Assembly (NCBI GenBank): GCA_964525635.1
Contig: CAZGJX010000050.1
Coordinates: 1 to 27,933 of the forward strand
DNA length: 27,933 nt
Origin: an uncultured archaeon
GTDB lineage: Archaea; Asgardarchaeota; Lokiarchaeia; Sigyniarchaeales; SOKP01
Direction: 5' to 3'
Part shown: positions 1 to 9,352 of the stretch, one piece after another
Numbering within the stretch: position 1 is the first letter of the stretch
Layout: each line of letters starts with the position of its first letter
Made by a program: the position numbers and the translations under genes
Notes under the pieces: generated by a model
What the model was told of the DNA's origin: nothing
The model's database searches: none
Seen by the model: the letters and a program-made list of their open reading frames with translations, nothing else

Positions 1-33
1 ATTATGGTTTTGGAAGTATAAAAAAAAAGTGAT

Positions 34-1484
34 TGCTTAACTTAATGACATTGCTTTAAGGAGGGGATGAATTGAGCACAACTGTAAATATTAATAAATT
101 GTTAGGGTCTTCTTATATTTAATGGATCTCCCATATTTTTCATAGGAATGTTGCTATCACAAAAAATACGAATATATCCATCAGAGAAGCAAGAACAACT
201 TCTATGGATCTTCTCTGAAAAATGTCGTCTTATTTTTAATTTTGCGTTAGCACAGCGAATTGAGAATTGGAAAGAAAATAAAAAGAAACCAAAAGAAGAG
301 CGTACGTATATTACCTATAATGACCAATCAAAATATCTCCCATTATTGAAAGAACAATATACAGAATATCGATGGGTGTATTCGAAAGTTTTGCAAACCA
401 CCCTTGAAAAACTCAAACGAGATTATAACTCCTTTTTTTCTCTATGGAAAAAGGGAGATACAACAGCACGACCTCCACGATTTAAGGGGAAGAACTATTT
501 TAATACACTCTGTTATAATCAATCTGGATTTAAAATAGAAGAGAATTCAATCACCTTTTCTCATAAGCATCCTTCAAAACTACCACTTCAATTTACCCTA
601 CTTCCTCATCTTATTCCACAAGAGAAGATAAAACAAGTAGAACTTTTTCAGTCTAATAAGAAATGGTTTATATCAATTACCTATGGCTTTAAGCCTCCAA
701 AATATTTTAATAATTCTTTATATCAAGCATTTGATGTAGGAATTCATCAAACTGTTGGAGTAAATATAGGAGGAAAATCAATTCATTTTAGAAATCGAAG
801 AGCAGATCTCTATTGGAAAAAAAAGATTGAACAAATGCAATCAAAACGAGATCATTGTAAGAAGTATAGTAAGAGGTGGAATTGGTATCACCAAAAATTA
901 TCCAAAATGAAAAGAAAATGTACTTATCAACTCAGAGACTATCAGCACTGGCTTTCACATCAAATTAATGAAAATACGAAAGCTAATACAATTATAGTAG
1001 GAAAATTAAAGGTAAAACAAATAGTAAAAAAGAAGAAACGTACAGGGAACGCTAAAACAAATAAACAGAAAAAAACACTAAATCATTCAGTTCAAAACAC
1101 AGGATTTATGTCTCGATTTATACAATTCTTAACCTATAAAGCAGAAAAAGTAGGTAAAAGAGTAATAAGAATTGATGAATCAAATACATCCCAAGTTTGC
1201 TGTAATTGTGGAAAAAAAAACAAAAGAGCTATTTACGAAAGAGTTATTATTTGCGCTTGTGGAAATCATATTGACCGAGATATTAACTCAGCAATTAATA
1301 TTATGGTCAAATTTCTTTTGCGTAAAAAAGAGCATACCTATGATTTCCTATCGCATCAACCCTCTGTGAACGAGGAATCATTCCTAGAGCAATGGGATGG
1401 TTTTCTACGATATACAGACCAATCCGTAGTAGAAGCGATTGCGCACTCGTAGGAAGCTGCAACCTTTAGGTTGTAGTAGTTCAG
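34..1484 (+). mobile_element. IS200/IS605-family (IS1341-like) non-autonomous element: left end, tnpB, right end; no TnpA
   Basis: tnpB ORF. Left-end motif TGCTTAA..TTAAGGAGGGGATGAATTGAGCA (34-77). Right-end hairpin GCTGCAACC-TTTA-GGTTGTAGT (1456-1477) followed by AGTTCA(G). Both ends are shared with the second copy at 9505-9786. Exact boundaries are inferred. Confidence 0.8.
148..1452 (+). CDS. tnpB: RNA-guided endonuclease TnpB (rearranged RuvC-II type)
   Basis: N-terminal KIRIYPS..Q HTH_OrfB motif, PRFK motif, RuvC-I AFDVG, TSQVCCNC..CACG zinc finger, RuvC-III DRDINSAINI. Confidence 0.95.
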   Translation: MLLSQKIRIYPSEKQEQLLWIFSEKCRLIFNFALAQRIENWKENKKKPKEERTYITYNDQSKYLPLLKEQYTEYRWVYSKVLQTTLEKLKRDYNSFFSLWKKGDTTARPPRFKGKNYFNTLCYNQSGFKIEENSITFSHKHPSKLPLQFTLLPHLIPQEKIKQVELFQSNKKWFISITYGFKPPKYFNNSLYQAFDVGIHQTVGVNIGGKSIHFRNRRADLYWKKKIEQMQSKRDHCKKYSKRWNWYHQKLSKMKRKCTYQLRDYQHWLSHQINENTKANTIIVGKLKVKQIVKKKKRTGNAKTNKQKKTLNHSVQNTGFMSRFIQFLTYKAEKVGKRVIRIDESNTSQVCCNCGKKNKRAIYERVIICACGNHIDRDINSAINIMVKFLLRKKEHTYDFLSHQPSVNEESFLEQWDGFLRYTDQSVVEAIAHS

Positions 1485-1504
1485 TTTCATATTAAAAGAG
1501 TGTT
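1342..1504 (+). ncRNA. TnpB omegaRNA (reRNA) scaffold overlapping the tnpB 3' end, plus putative ~20 nt flanking guide
   Basis: Overlaps the last codons of tnpB and the right end. Stems CTACGA/TCGTAG and terminal hairpin; internal TGAAC can pair with terminal GTTCA (pseudoknot). Conserved in the second copy at 9505-9648. Confidence 0.75.
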
Positions 1505-1640
1505 CTTTTAAATAAAATTTGAATTAAAAATGAATTATATTTTAAATTTTAGAGTTAAAGCGTTTCTTCAAGAAACTTTATATAAATCCTAAAATGAATG
1601 AAAGCTTAGGAAAAAAAAATTATTAAAATTTAAAACCTTC

Positions 1641-2549
1641 TTAATTTAATTTAACATAAAATTTTCCTTGTTCTTTCAATCTTATCAAATATATATTAGG
1701 ATGATTATTAATTGGATTAAATTTAATATTTAATTTCTCTAAATTCTTAAGATTGAATAATGATTCTGGTAGATTAATTATAAGATTGTCTTTTAAGTCT
1801 AAAATCTCCAATTTTTTTAGATTTAATATTGATTCAGGAATAGATTTTATATTATTACACCTTAAAATTATTTTTTCAAGTCCTTTTAACTCACTTAATG
1901 ATTCTGGGAATAATTTTAATTTACAATTTGATATACAAATTCCTTTAACTTTACCATTCATCACAGAAAAACTCATTTTATCTCTTTTACTAATTTCTTT
2001 TACTAAAGTAAAATTGAATCCTACATCTTTTTCTATTTTTTCTAATATTTCAACTTCATATTGAGGAATTTTTGAAGATTTAAAATTTATCAAATTATTT
2101 TTAATATCCATTCCACAGAAAGAACATACTTTTGTTGATTTATCTAATTTTTCTCCACAATTTTGACAAAATTTAATTTTAAGATTCAATATAGAATTAA
2201 TTTCATCATTCTTTGTACCACAGAAAGAACAATATTTAGAGTCTTTTTCTATTCTTAATCCACATCCAGAACATTTTATTGGTTTTTTAATGATTATTTT
2301 TTTATTTAGATTAAAATCATTAAATTGCTTTAAATAATTAATCATAGAATCTAGATTATTGAGTTGGTCTATTTTAGATTCTTTTGTTATATATTTCTTT
2401 AATGATATTATAATAATGGCAATAATAATAAAGGAAATAAATATAACAAATACTATAAATGACATTTTGATCATTACTATTATTATAAGAAAGAAAAAAA
2501 TAAATACAATCATCTTTGCTTTAACTACATCTTCATCTTCTCTATCCAT
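1641..2549 (-). CDS. Membrane-anchored double zinc-ribbon plus leucine-rich repeat protein
   Basis: N-terminal hydrophobic segment, CxxC..CxxC pairs (CSGC/CSFC, CQNC/CSFC), C-terminal LRRs (LxxLxLxxNxIxxLPESI). Confidence 0.8.
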   Translation of the reverse strand: MDREDEDVVKAKMIVFIFFFLIIIVMIKMSFIVFVIFISFIIIAIIIISLKKYITKESKIDQLNNLDSMINYLKQFNDFNLNKKIIIKKPIKCSGCGLRIEKDSKYCSFCGTKNDEINSILNLKIKFCQNCGEKLDKSTKVCSFCGMDIKNNLINFKSSKIPQYEVEILEKIEKDVGFNFTLVKEISKRDKMSFSVMNGKVKGICISNCKLKLFPESLSELKGLEKIILRCNNIKSIPESILNLKKLEILDLKDNLIINLPESLFNLKNLEKLNIKFNPINNHPNIYLIRLKEQGKFYVKLN

Positions 2550-2708
2550 TTTCAGTTTTTCCTTTTTTTCCTTTTTCTATATAAATTATATATAAATTAA
2601 TATATAAAAATATTCTGGATATAGAATTTATAATATATATAGTAATATATATAAAATCTAGATTAATACTTAAGAATTAATTTTAGCTAAAAAGATGAAA
2701 GATTGGGA

Positions 2709-2736
2709 TTATTGATTTTTTATAGAAAATCAATAA
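2709..2736. repeat. Perfect 11-bp inverted repeat (possible operator or terminator)
   Basis: TTATTGATTTT-TTATAG-AAAATCAATAA between the rpl34e 3' end and the LRR gene 5' region. Confidence 0.35.
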
Positions 2737-2812
2737 AATTTTTTATAAAAATTCAACAAATAAGTTAATATAATAATTTCAATTTCTATAAGGTTTTTAA
2801 GGAAAATATGAT

Positions 2813-3082
2813 TTATACATTTCTAACTGTATTTTTAATTAAATTTTGAAGACAGCTTGTACAATAACGACTACTCTCTATTCGATTTGCTCTTCTATTG
2901 GTTTTATCCGTTTTTTTCATTTTTGCAGGTCTTAATCTAGGAACGGATACAAGTTTTTTTTTACAGATTAAGCAAGATGCCCCCTTAGGTTTTCTACGAT
3001 AATAATGAGTTACATTTTTCCTACCAGGGGTTCTTAATTTCTTCCGCTTTTGTTTCTTTGATCTTAAGCCAGGTCGTGGCAT
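2813..3082 (-). CDS. rpl34e: 50S ribosomal protein L34e (eL34)
   Basis: MPRPGLRS..RTPG..HY.RRKP..C..C motif, C-terminal YCTSC. Confidence 0.93.
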   Translation of the reverse strand: MPRPGLRSKKQKRKKLRTPGRKNVTHYYRRKPKGASCLICKKKLVSVPRLRPAKMKKTDKTNRRANRIESSRYCTSCLQNLIKNTVRNV

Positions 3083-3169
3083 TTTTATCGTCCTTTTAAA
3101 TTATATTCTTAATAACAATAAATTTGTTATCTATTAGAATAAAGTAAACTTAATTAATTTTTTTATTTT

Positions 3170-3817
3170 CTATAATTTAAGACTAAGTATCTCCTGAAAT
3201 TCTTTAAATAGATTATAAAGATGGTCTACTAATTTTTCACGATATTCATAATTCTCTTGAAAAGTATTTATATTATGAGATACATGTTTATACAATTTAT
3301 CAAATTTCTTTACTATATTATCCAATCCTGGAAATTTGATTATTTGATTTTTTAATCCTTTAAATAAATCTAAAATAAAATCGGTCCCAACTGAAACATC
3401 CAATTTTATTGCATCCATTAAAGTAATAAATGAGGAGGTTATTTCAGAAGTAATTCCAGGTAAATTTAAAATAGATGATTCAATTAAATTTGAATATTTA
3501 GAGGATTTATCATTATATTGTCTAAACAGATCTTTTGTGTAATAATTATTTTTTGAAATCTTATCTATAACGAAAATAGCTTTATTATATTCTCTGACGA
3601 ATTCTTTTTCTGTTATGATTTCAGAAAGATGAATGTGTTTTTTTTTTAAGGCGACTTTTATTTTTATCAATTCATAGACAGAATTTTTAAATGATTTTTG
3701 AAAAAAGTCATTATTAATTTTAGCTTTTTGGAACTTTTCATATAATTTGTTAATAGTACTAGTGACAGCAAATAATTCTGATTCTAATTGCTGGATTGAT
3801 TTATGATTATTATCCAT
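3170..3817 (-). CDS. vps28: Vps28-like protein (ESCRT-I homologue)
   Basis: N-terminal SELFAVTSTINKL resembles the Vps28 ELYAII motif; C-terminal SEITSSFITLMDAIKL resembles the Vps28 CTD FITxMDxL(K/R)L motif; length is Vps28-like. Confidence 0.7.
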   Translation of the reverse strand: MDNNHKSIQQLESELFAVTSTINKLYEKFQKAKINNDFFQKSFKNSVYELIKIKVALKKKHIHLSEIITEKEFVREYNKAIFVIDKISKNNYYTKDLFRQYNDKSSKYSNLIESSILNLPGITSEITSSFITLMDAIKLDVSVGTDFILDLFKGLKNQIIKFPGLDNIVKKFDKLYKHVSHNINTFQENYEYREKLVDHLYNLFKEFQEILSLKL

Positions 3818-3878
3818 AATTTAGAGAAGTGCTGTTTTTTCTTGCTTAAATATAATTGGATTCTAAAATTAATAAATT

Positions 3879-4817
3879 TTAACCAAATAAAGTTGGTCTT
3901 AAAAAGAATATGAATATTGAAGCTATTATACTTATGATATAAATAGGAGTCAAAACACGATAAGTTGATGAATTAGATAACTCTCGAATTGAAATTGTGA
4001 CTAATATTGGTACCCAAAGCGAAAGAGTCAATGCGTCCAACATGTCTAATACACTCCAAATAGGTTGGTTCATTATTTCTGTATTAAAAAATATATCTAA
4101 AGCACCAGGGCCGATACTTATATCTACTTGGTTCATAGGAAATCCAATTGTAACAATCAAAACTTTTACTAGGTTAATTATTAAGAATGGAGTAAAAGCA
4201 CATAGCATCATTTTAAATTTAGAAGCTTCTTGCTTCTGAAGCAACACGCCTCCTTTATATATACTGAATGGGCTTAACTTTGATTCTTCATATTGTTTTT
4301 CCTTCTTTTTTCCCTTGACTATATCAAATCTCTTTTCTAATTTTTGAGTAAATCCAACAGCATAATTAGCACCTTTAGTATATAACCAAATTAATAACGA
4401 ATAGATAAAAAGGTAAAGTAAGAATCCAAAGAGAAAAAAGAATCCAAATATACTGAGATTAAATAGAGTATTCAAACCTAAACTAGGAACTTGTCCAGCT
4501 CTATCAATATTAAGACGAGAAATTACAATTAAATGAACAAGACCCCAAGCTAATGAGTTAAATAATAAAATAAGCATACCAGGACTCTTTTTACGGAGAT
4601 GGTTTATATCCCAAAATGCTCTTGAGGGATTAATGATTAAGTATAAAATCTTTAGATATAAGGGGTATGGATTAAACCAATCTTCCTCAATCCTTTTTAG
4701 GAAAGGGATCCTTTCTATTCTTTCAATTCTTAATCTCTTGCCACAGAAACTACAAGCATAAGATTCTCCACTGTTTTCATTTCCACAGCGAGGACAACTT
4801 TGTATTGCTATTGACAT
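3879..4817 (-). CDS. Zinc-ribbon plus Yip1-like polytopic membrane protein
   Basis: CPRC..CSFC at the N-terminus, LIINPSRAFWDI (Yip1-like P..F motif), about 5 TM segments. Confidence 0.6.
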   Translation of the reverse strand: MSIAIQSCPRCGNENSGESYACSFCGKRLRIERIERIPFLKRIEEDWFNPYPLYLKILYLIINPSRAFWDINHLRKKSPGMLILLFNSLAWGLVHLIVISRLNIDRAGQVPSLGLNTLFNLSIFGFFFLFGFLLYLFIYSLLIWLYTKGANYAVGFTQKLEKRFDIVKGKKKEKQYEESKLSPFSIYKGGVLLQKQEASKFKMMLCAFTPFLIINLVKVLIVTIGFPMNQVDISIGPGALDIFFNTEIMNQPIWSVLDMLDALTLSLWVPILVTISIRELSNSSTYRVLTPIYIISIIASIFIFFLRPTLFG

Positions 4818-5037
4818 AGTTTTAATGCATTAAAAATTTTTATAATATTCATATAAAAACCATCTTATAAAAACTTCTTTACTTAAAAACTTGAATCTTC
4901 TATTTTATAGAATATTTTATTACATTTTTACATTATTACTCTGTTAAATTTAGTTAATTTAAGCTCTTCTTATTTTAAATAATCTTAATATTAATATCTT
5001 GTTTAATTAATTATCAAAATTTGGTATATATTGTAAT

Positions 5038-6108
5038 TTATAATGATTGAAATTCAATTATTGATTCGTTTTCATTAGTTTGAATTAAATACTCTCTGTT
5101 AGTAAAACGTTTGATTAATTCTAAATTTGTTTTAGTATGATTTGTTACCTCTAAAACTTTAATTTTTGGAGGAGATTTAATATATCCCATTAATGGGAGT
5201 AGTTGATCGCTTAAGTAATTATCAACCGGAATATTATTTTCGATATATTTTAGAAGTTCATTTACTGCAATACTACCAACTTTTTCAGAAGAAATGTTTT
5301 TTTCTCCTAAGATAGTCCCTGAAGAAATTATTGCTCCTTTATCTGATTTTCCCCATAAACAAAGTCCCACACCAGTGCTTAAAGTATTAACATATTGAAA
5401 TTCAATATCTGTATTAATCTCCAATTTTTGATTTATTTCTTTATCAATTGATTTTTTAATTCTTTCAGATACTTTCGCATGAATTAAATTTTCTGAACAT
5501 ATTATTTTTCCATTTATTATATCAATATTGCCTAATTCTGTTAGATTAATTGGTTTAAGTTCCTTTGAAGAGAGTGAAACTATACATTTTGTTTTAGCAC
5601 CACCTTTAGGATAAAATCCATATCTTTGGATATCAATATTAATTTTATAATTAGATTTCTCAAATATTTTATAAGTCACGTTTTTTAGATAATTTAAATC
5701 AGGGGCCCATTTTCCTATGGTGCCCCCTCCATTTAGATTTAGCACTAAATTATTTGAGTGATTAAATCCTAAACACGCAATTTGAATAGGTTGCAATAGT
5801 AATCCAATACTTGCAGCAGTACTAATCTTTATATCAATATTTAATTTTATATCATTGTTATTAGGTCTAAATATAATTTCTTTTGTTCCGACATCACAAT
5901 CACTTAACTTACTATTGGTTATTTTTGCAAGCGTTTTTAATCCCAATAAATGTTGTAAGCGAAGGCCTGGTTTAGATCGATTTGCTCTAATATTATAAAT
6001 TTTTATAGGTTGATTAAATAAAATGGAATATCCTGCACTTAGGCGAACAATAGAACCACCACCTTCTCCAAATGATCCATCTATTTCTAAAATATTTTTT
6101 TGAACTAT
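5038..6108 (-). CDS. rtcA: RNA 3'-terminal phosphate cyclase; extended to an ATA start upstream of the ORF-track call
   Basis: The frame stays open upstream of 5946 and encodes LEIDGSFGEGGGSIVRLS..IRANRSKPGLRLQH. Also GFYPKGG, YLSDQL and catalytic-His motif HTKTN. ATA at 6108-6106 follows SD-like AGGTGA. Confidence 0.9.
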   Translation of the reverse strand: MVQKNILEIDGSFGEGGGSIVRLSAGYSILFNQPIKIYNIRANRSKPGLRLQHLLGLKTLAKITNSKLSDCDVGTKEIIFRPNNNDIKLNIDIKISTAASIGLLLQPIQIACLGFNHSNNLVLNLNGGGTIGKWAPDLNYLKNVTYKIFEKSNYKINIDIQRYGFYPKGGAKTKCIVSLSSKELKPINLTELGNIDIINGKIICSENLIHAKVSERIKKSIDKEINQKLEINTDIEFQYVNTLSTGVGLCLWGKSDKGAIISSGTILGEKNISSEKVGSIAVNELLKYIENNIPVDNYLSDQLLPLMGYIKSPPKIKVLEVTNHTKTNLELIKRFTNREYLIQTNENESIIEFQSL

Positions 6109-7250
6109 GGGATCTCACCTTTCTTCATGTAGTTTTGAATTCGATTAATTCCATTAAATTTCTGAATCAAACTAATCACTTCATTTGGCACAAGTAATCT
6201 CCATTCTTTTTTTTCATTATTTATTAGATTTCTAATATTTTTTCCATTATATTTATTTTTAAAGATGGTTGTTTTTTTTGAGATTTCATAATTGTTGTTT
6301 TTAAATAATTCTTCAACCCAATAACTATTAGAATATAATATATCAAATTGTCCAACAATGGAGATAACATGATTGACCCAATTTTGAGCATTAAAAATAT
6401 CTGGAATGTAATAAATATTAAATTTTTCGGTAGGAATTGACCTTTTTTTCAACGCGGCTTCAATGAATTGTTTTCTTTCTTCTTTTGAAAACGGATTATT
6501 TATTGTGTGAGATATTTGAGAACTACCAATTCCAATTTTAAGAAATTTTCCTTTTTTTAGCATTTCATATATTACATGAATATGACCATGATGCAATGGT
6601 TGAAATCTTCCAATAAACAGTGCGATTTTTTTATTTTCCTTCTTTCTTGATTTAATTTGATTTTTAAAAATAAGATCTAAATTTGAATTTAATAATTCTT
6701 GCCATATCTCTTTTGAATAATCTACAAAATTATTACTTTTAATTAATCTTTCTAATTCAGATCTCGAATAAAAAGTACTACCATTTATTTCTAATTCTTC
6801 AGGATTTGGCCTCAACTCTACATTGTTATTTACCATACCAATAAATATATAGGCAATTTCGAGTGACAACTTATCATCCTCAGTTTTTAAGTCATAGAAA
6901 TGAAATTTTTTGATGTTATCTCTATTAATACCAAATTCCTCATTTAATTCTCGGAGAGCATTATTTTTTATATCATTTAAATTTATTTTTTTTTTATAAA
7001 GAATATGTCCACTAGCAGAATCAGTATAATAATCTGGAAAGCTTTTTTTATATCTTCCTCTTCTTTGTACAAGAAATAATATTTTTCCTTCTTTGGTTTT
7101 TGTGATGATGAATACACGGACAATTAGATGGGGGATCTTTTCTTTATGTGCTTGGATCCTTGATTTTGGGAAAATATATTTTGAAATTTGACCTGAATGT
7201 AAATATTTAACATTAGTTTTATCAATACAAGCCAAAACTTCATCATCCAT
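6105..7250 (-). CDS. nadM: Nudix-domain / nicotinamide-nucleotide adenylyltransferase fusion
   Basis: N-terminal IDI-like Nudix (H..VRVFI, QRR..K..FP..SASGH, RELNEEFG); C-terminal FIGRFQPLHHGH, IGSSQ, NPFS..ER. Confidence 0.85.
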   Translation of the reverse strand: MDDEVLACIDKTNVKYLHSGQISKYIFPKSRIQAHKEKIPHLIVRVFIITKTKEGKILFLVQRRGRYKKSFPDYYTDSASGHILYKKKINLNDIKNNALRELNEEFGINRDNIKKFHFYDLKTEDDKLSLEIAYIFIGMVNNNVELRPNPEELEINGSTFYSRSELERLIKSNNFVDYSKEIWQELLNSNLDLIFKNQIKSRKKENKKIALFIGRFQPLHHGHIHVIYEMLKKGKFLKIGIGSSQISHTINNPFSKEERKQFIEAALKKRSIPTEKFNIYYIPDIFNAQNWVNHVISIVGQFDILYSNSYWVEELFKNNNYEISKKTTIFKNKYNGKNIRNLINNEKKEWRLLVPNEVISLIQKFNGINRIQNYMKKGEIP

Positions 7251-7261
7251 ATTGATCTAAC

Positions 7262-8095
7262 TCAATCAAATCTTATTTTTATAATATCTCCAGAGGAAGC
7301 ATTTAATATTTTAGATGCATTCCCTTGATTAATTGATATTTCAAGATAATCTGTTGAACCTTTAATTATTAGTAATGAATTTTTTGAAAATGTTGTATAA
7401 TGGGACTTATAAACAGAATCATGTTTTATACCATTAATATGAATTGTTATCTTTTGATTTTGTTTTAAATATTTTTCTGTATTTTCTATTTTATTATTTT
7501 TTAATTTAATATTTGTGATGATATTACCAAAATCATCAATATATTGAACCGTACATAAAATCTCATTACAATTTTTATCTATTTCATAAACCATAGATAC
7601 TTTTTTTAAATCTTTCATATATATTTTAGGCCCAAATTCATTCATGGAAACACCCTTACTAAGATAAGCACCAACAGGAGACATAATATCTCTTCCATGA
7701 AAAGTATTTGAAACTGGTTTATGAAAATATTTTTCATTTTCAACAATTATACATTCTGAAGGATTTGAATTTATTAATAAAGAAAAGATACCATTATCTG
7801 GGCCAATAAAATAATAATTATCCTCTGATTTTAAAATTAAAATCTTTCTCTCACTGCCAACCCCAGGATCTACAACAACAATAAAAATAGTTCCTTCTGG
7901 AAAAAGGGAGTAAGTTGATTTTAAAATATATGAGGCCTCAACAACCGAAAAAGGAGTCAGAAAATGAGAAATATCAACTATTTTTATTTTTGGATTTATT
8001 CTATAAATAACTGCTTTCATAGATGCCACATAATGGGCACCTTTTAATCCAAAATCAGTTAATAAAGCAATTGTATTTACTTTACAGTTATTCAT
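7262..8095 (-). CDS. SAM hydroxide adenosyltransferase (DUF62, chlorinase/fluorinase family)
   Basis: LLTDFG, VVDPGVGSER, GPDNG, SNTFHGRD, IDDFGN, LEISINQGNA motifs. Confidence 0.92.
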   Translation of the reverse strand: MNNCKVNTIALLTDFGLKGAHYVASMKAVIYRINPKIKIVDISHFLTPFSVVEASYILKSTYSLFPEGTIFIVVVDPGVGSERKILILKSEDNYYFIGPDNGIFSLLINSNPSECIIVENEKYFHKPVSNTFHGRDIMSPVGAYLSKGVSMNEFGPKIYMKDLKKVSMVYEIDKNCNEILCTVQYIDDFGNIITNIKLKNNKIENTEKYLKQNQKITIHINGIKHDSVYKSHYTTFSKNSLLIIKGSTDYLEISINQGNASKILNASSGDIIKIRFD

Positions 8096-8108
8096 GATTT
8101 AAATGTTT

Positions 8109-9017
8109 TTATTCCTTCTTCTTGTATTTTAGGTCAACTTGATAAAAATCATTAAGAGCTTTGGATTTTAATCTATATTCTTCTTCTTTTTCAAATTGAA
8201 CTAATTTTTTAGATATTTCACTAGCTTGTTTATATAATAGATAAGCTTGATGGAAATCCTCATTTCTTAAGGCATTTCTTGCATCTTGTACTATTTTTTC
8301 TCGTTGTTTTGATAATTCTGGAGTTTTTTGAGAAAATGAGCCTTTTTCTTTTAATGTTTTTGTTATTTCAGATTCATCACCTAATAATTCTTGTGCTATT
8401 TCACCAGCTTTATTAAAGTTTTTACCAGCTTTTTCAAAATCATTTGATTTTAATTCTTTTTTTGCTTGTTTGTAGTATTGTGATATTTTTAGATATTCTT
8501 CATTTTCCACTTTTTCCAAAAGTTCCTGAGCTAACTTTCTTTCTTTTTTACCTCCTGATAAAAGTGTTTTAGTTCTATTTATTATATTATCTCTCAGTAT
8601 TTCTGGTTTTAAAATATCTATTAGTGGTTCTAGGATTTCTTGATAAATTTCAATAAATTTTTGGTTGAATTCATCATTTTTGATTTTAAAAAGATTTAAT
8701 TCAGTTAAATTATCAGCTGCTTCCTTTAGAGGAGATCTATATTTTTCAGGTTTTTCTTCTTTTTCTAAAATTAAACCAAGAATCAATCCCAAAGCTTTAG
8801 TTCTTTTTTTATCTTCAAATTTATGGAAATATGAGAATAGTTGATGGTCTTTAAGTTTTAAAAATGTGTAATCATTTCTTTCATGATCTAAATTTAATCT
8901 CAAAAAAATATCTCCAGTTATCTTAAAATTTATATCTTTTTTATCTTTAAAATAATAACCAAGAATCTTATAATCAGAATCCAATGGTAATAAAATACAA
9001 AAACTTCCTTTTGGCAT
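8109..9017 (-). CDS. Hypothetical protein; alpha/beta N-terminal domain and helical TPR/MIT-like C-terminal repeats
   Basis: 302-aa ORF leading the operon, with repeated A...Y/F.KA.EIA/S..L helices. Confidence 0.6.
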   Translation of the reverse strand: MPKGSFCILLPLDSDYKILGYYFKDKKDINFKITGDIFLRLNLDHERNDYTFLKLKDHQLFSYFHKFEDKKRTKALGLILGLILEKEEKPEKYRSPLKEAADNLTELNLFKIKNDEFNQKFIEIYQEILEPLIDILKPEILRDNIINRTKTLLSGGKKERKLAQELLEKVENEEYLKISQYYKQAKKELKSNDFEKAGKNFNKAGEIAQELLGDESEITKTLKEKGSFSQKTPELSKQREKIVQDARNALRNEDFHQAYLLYKQASEISKKLVQFEKEEEYRLKSKALNDFYQVDLKYKKKE

Positions 9018-9352
9018 ATTTTTATCCTCTTATTATCAATTTATTTATAAATTCAAGAAATTTATGATAAATCAATTATTGTTTGAAAAATATGTTTAGA
9101 TTAAATAAATTATGATAGTATTAATTTCTTTTTTCAGATTTTTGATAATTATATATTTCTATTTAAAATATATAAAAAAAGTATATAAAACCTAAGATAA
9201 TGATAATAAATCAATACAATAAATTTTATATTAATTAAAAAAAAAATAAGCTTTAAATAGTAAGAAATCTTAATTAAATATGTTTAATGATATATAATTA
9301 AATATAATAAATTATAGTTATATATAATTTAAATTCAATAGAGAAAAACAAA

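Noticed and set aside
148-1452. Nuclease-dead TnpB (TldR-like) because the RuvC-II Glu is missing
   Set aside because: An alternative Glu344 is present with both catalytic Asp residues, which fits the rearranged active type better
1172-2595. ORF-track calls 1172-1369, 1753-2064 and 2359-2595
   Set aside because: Alternative-frame or antisense shadows of tnpB and the LRR gene; no motifs
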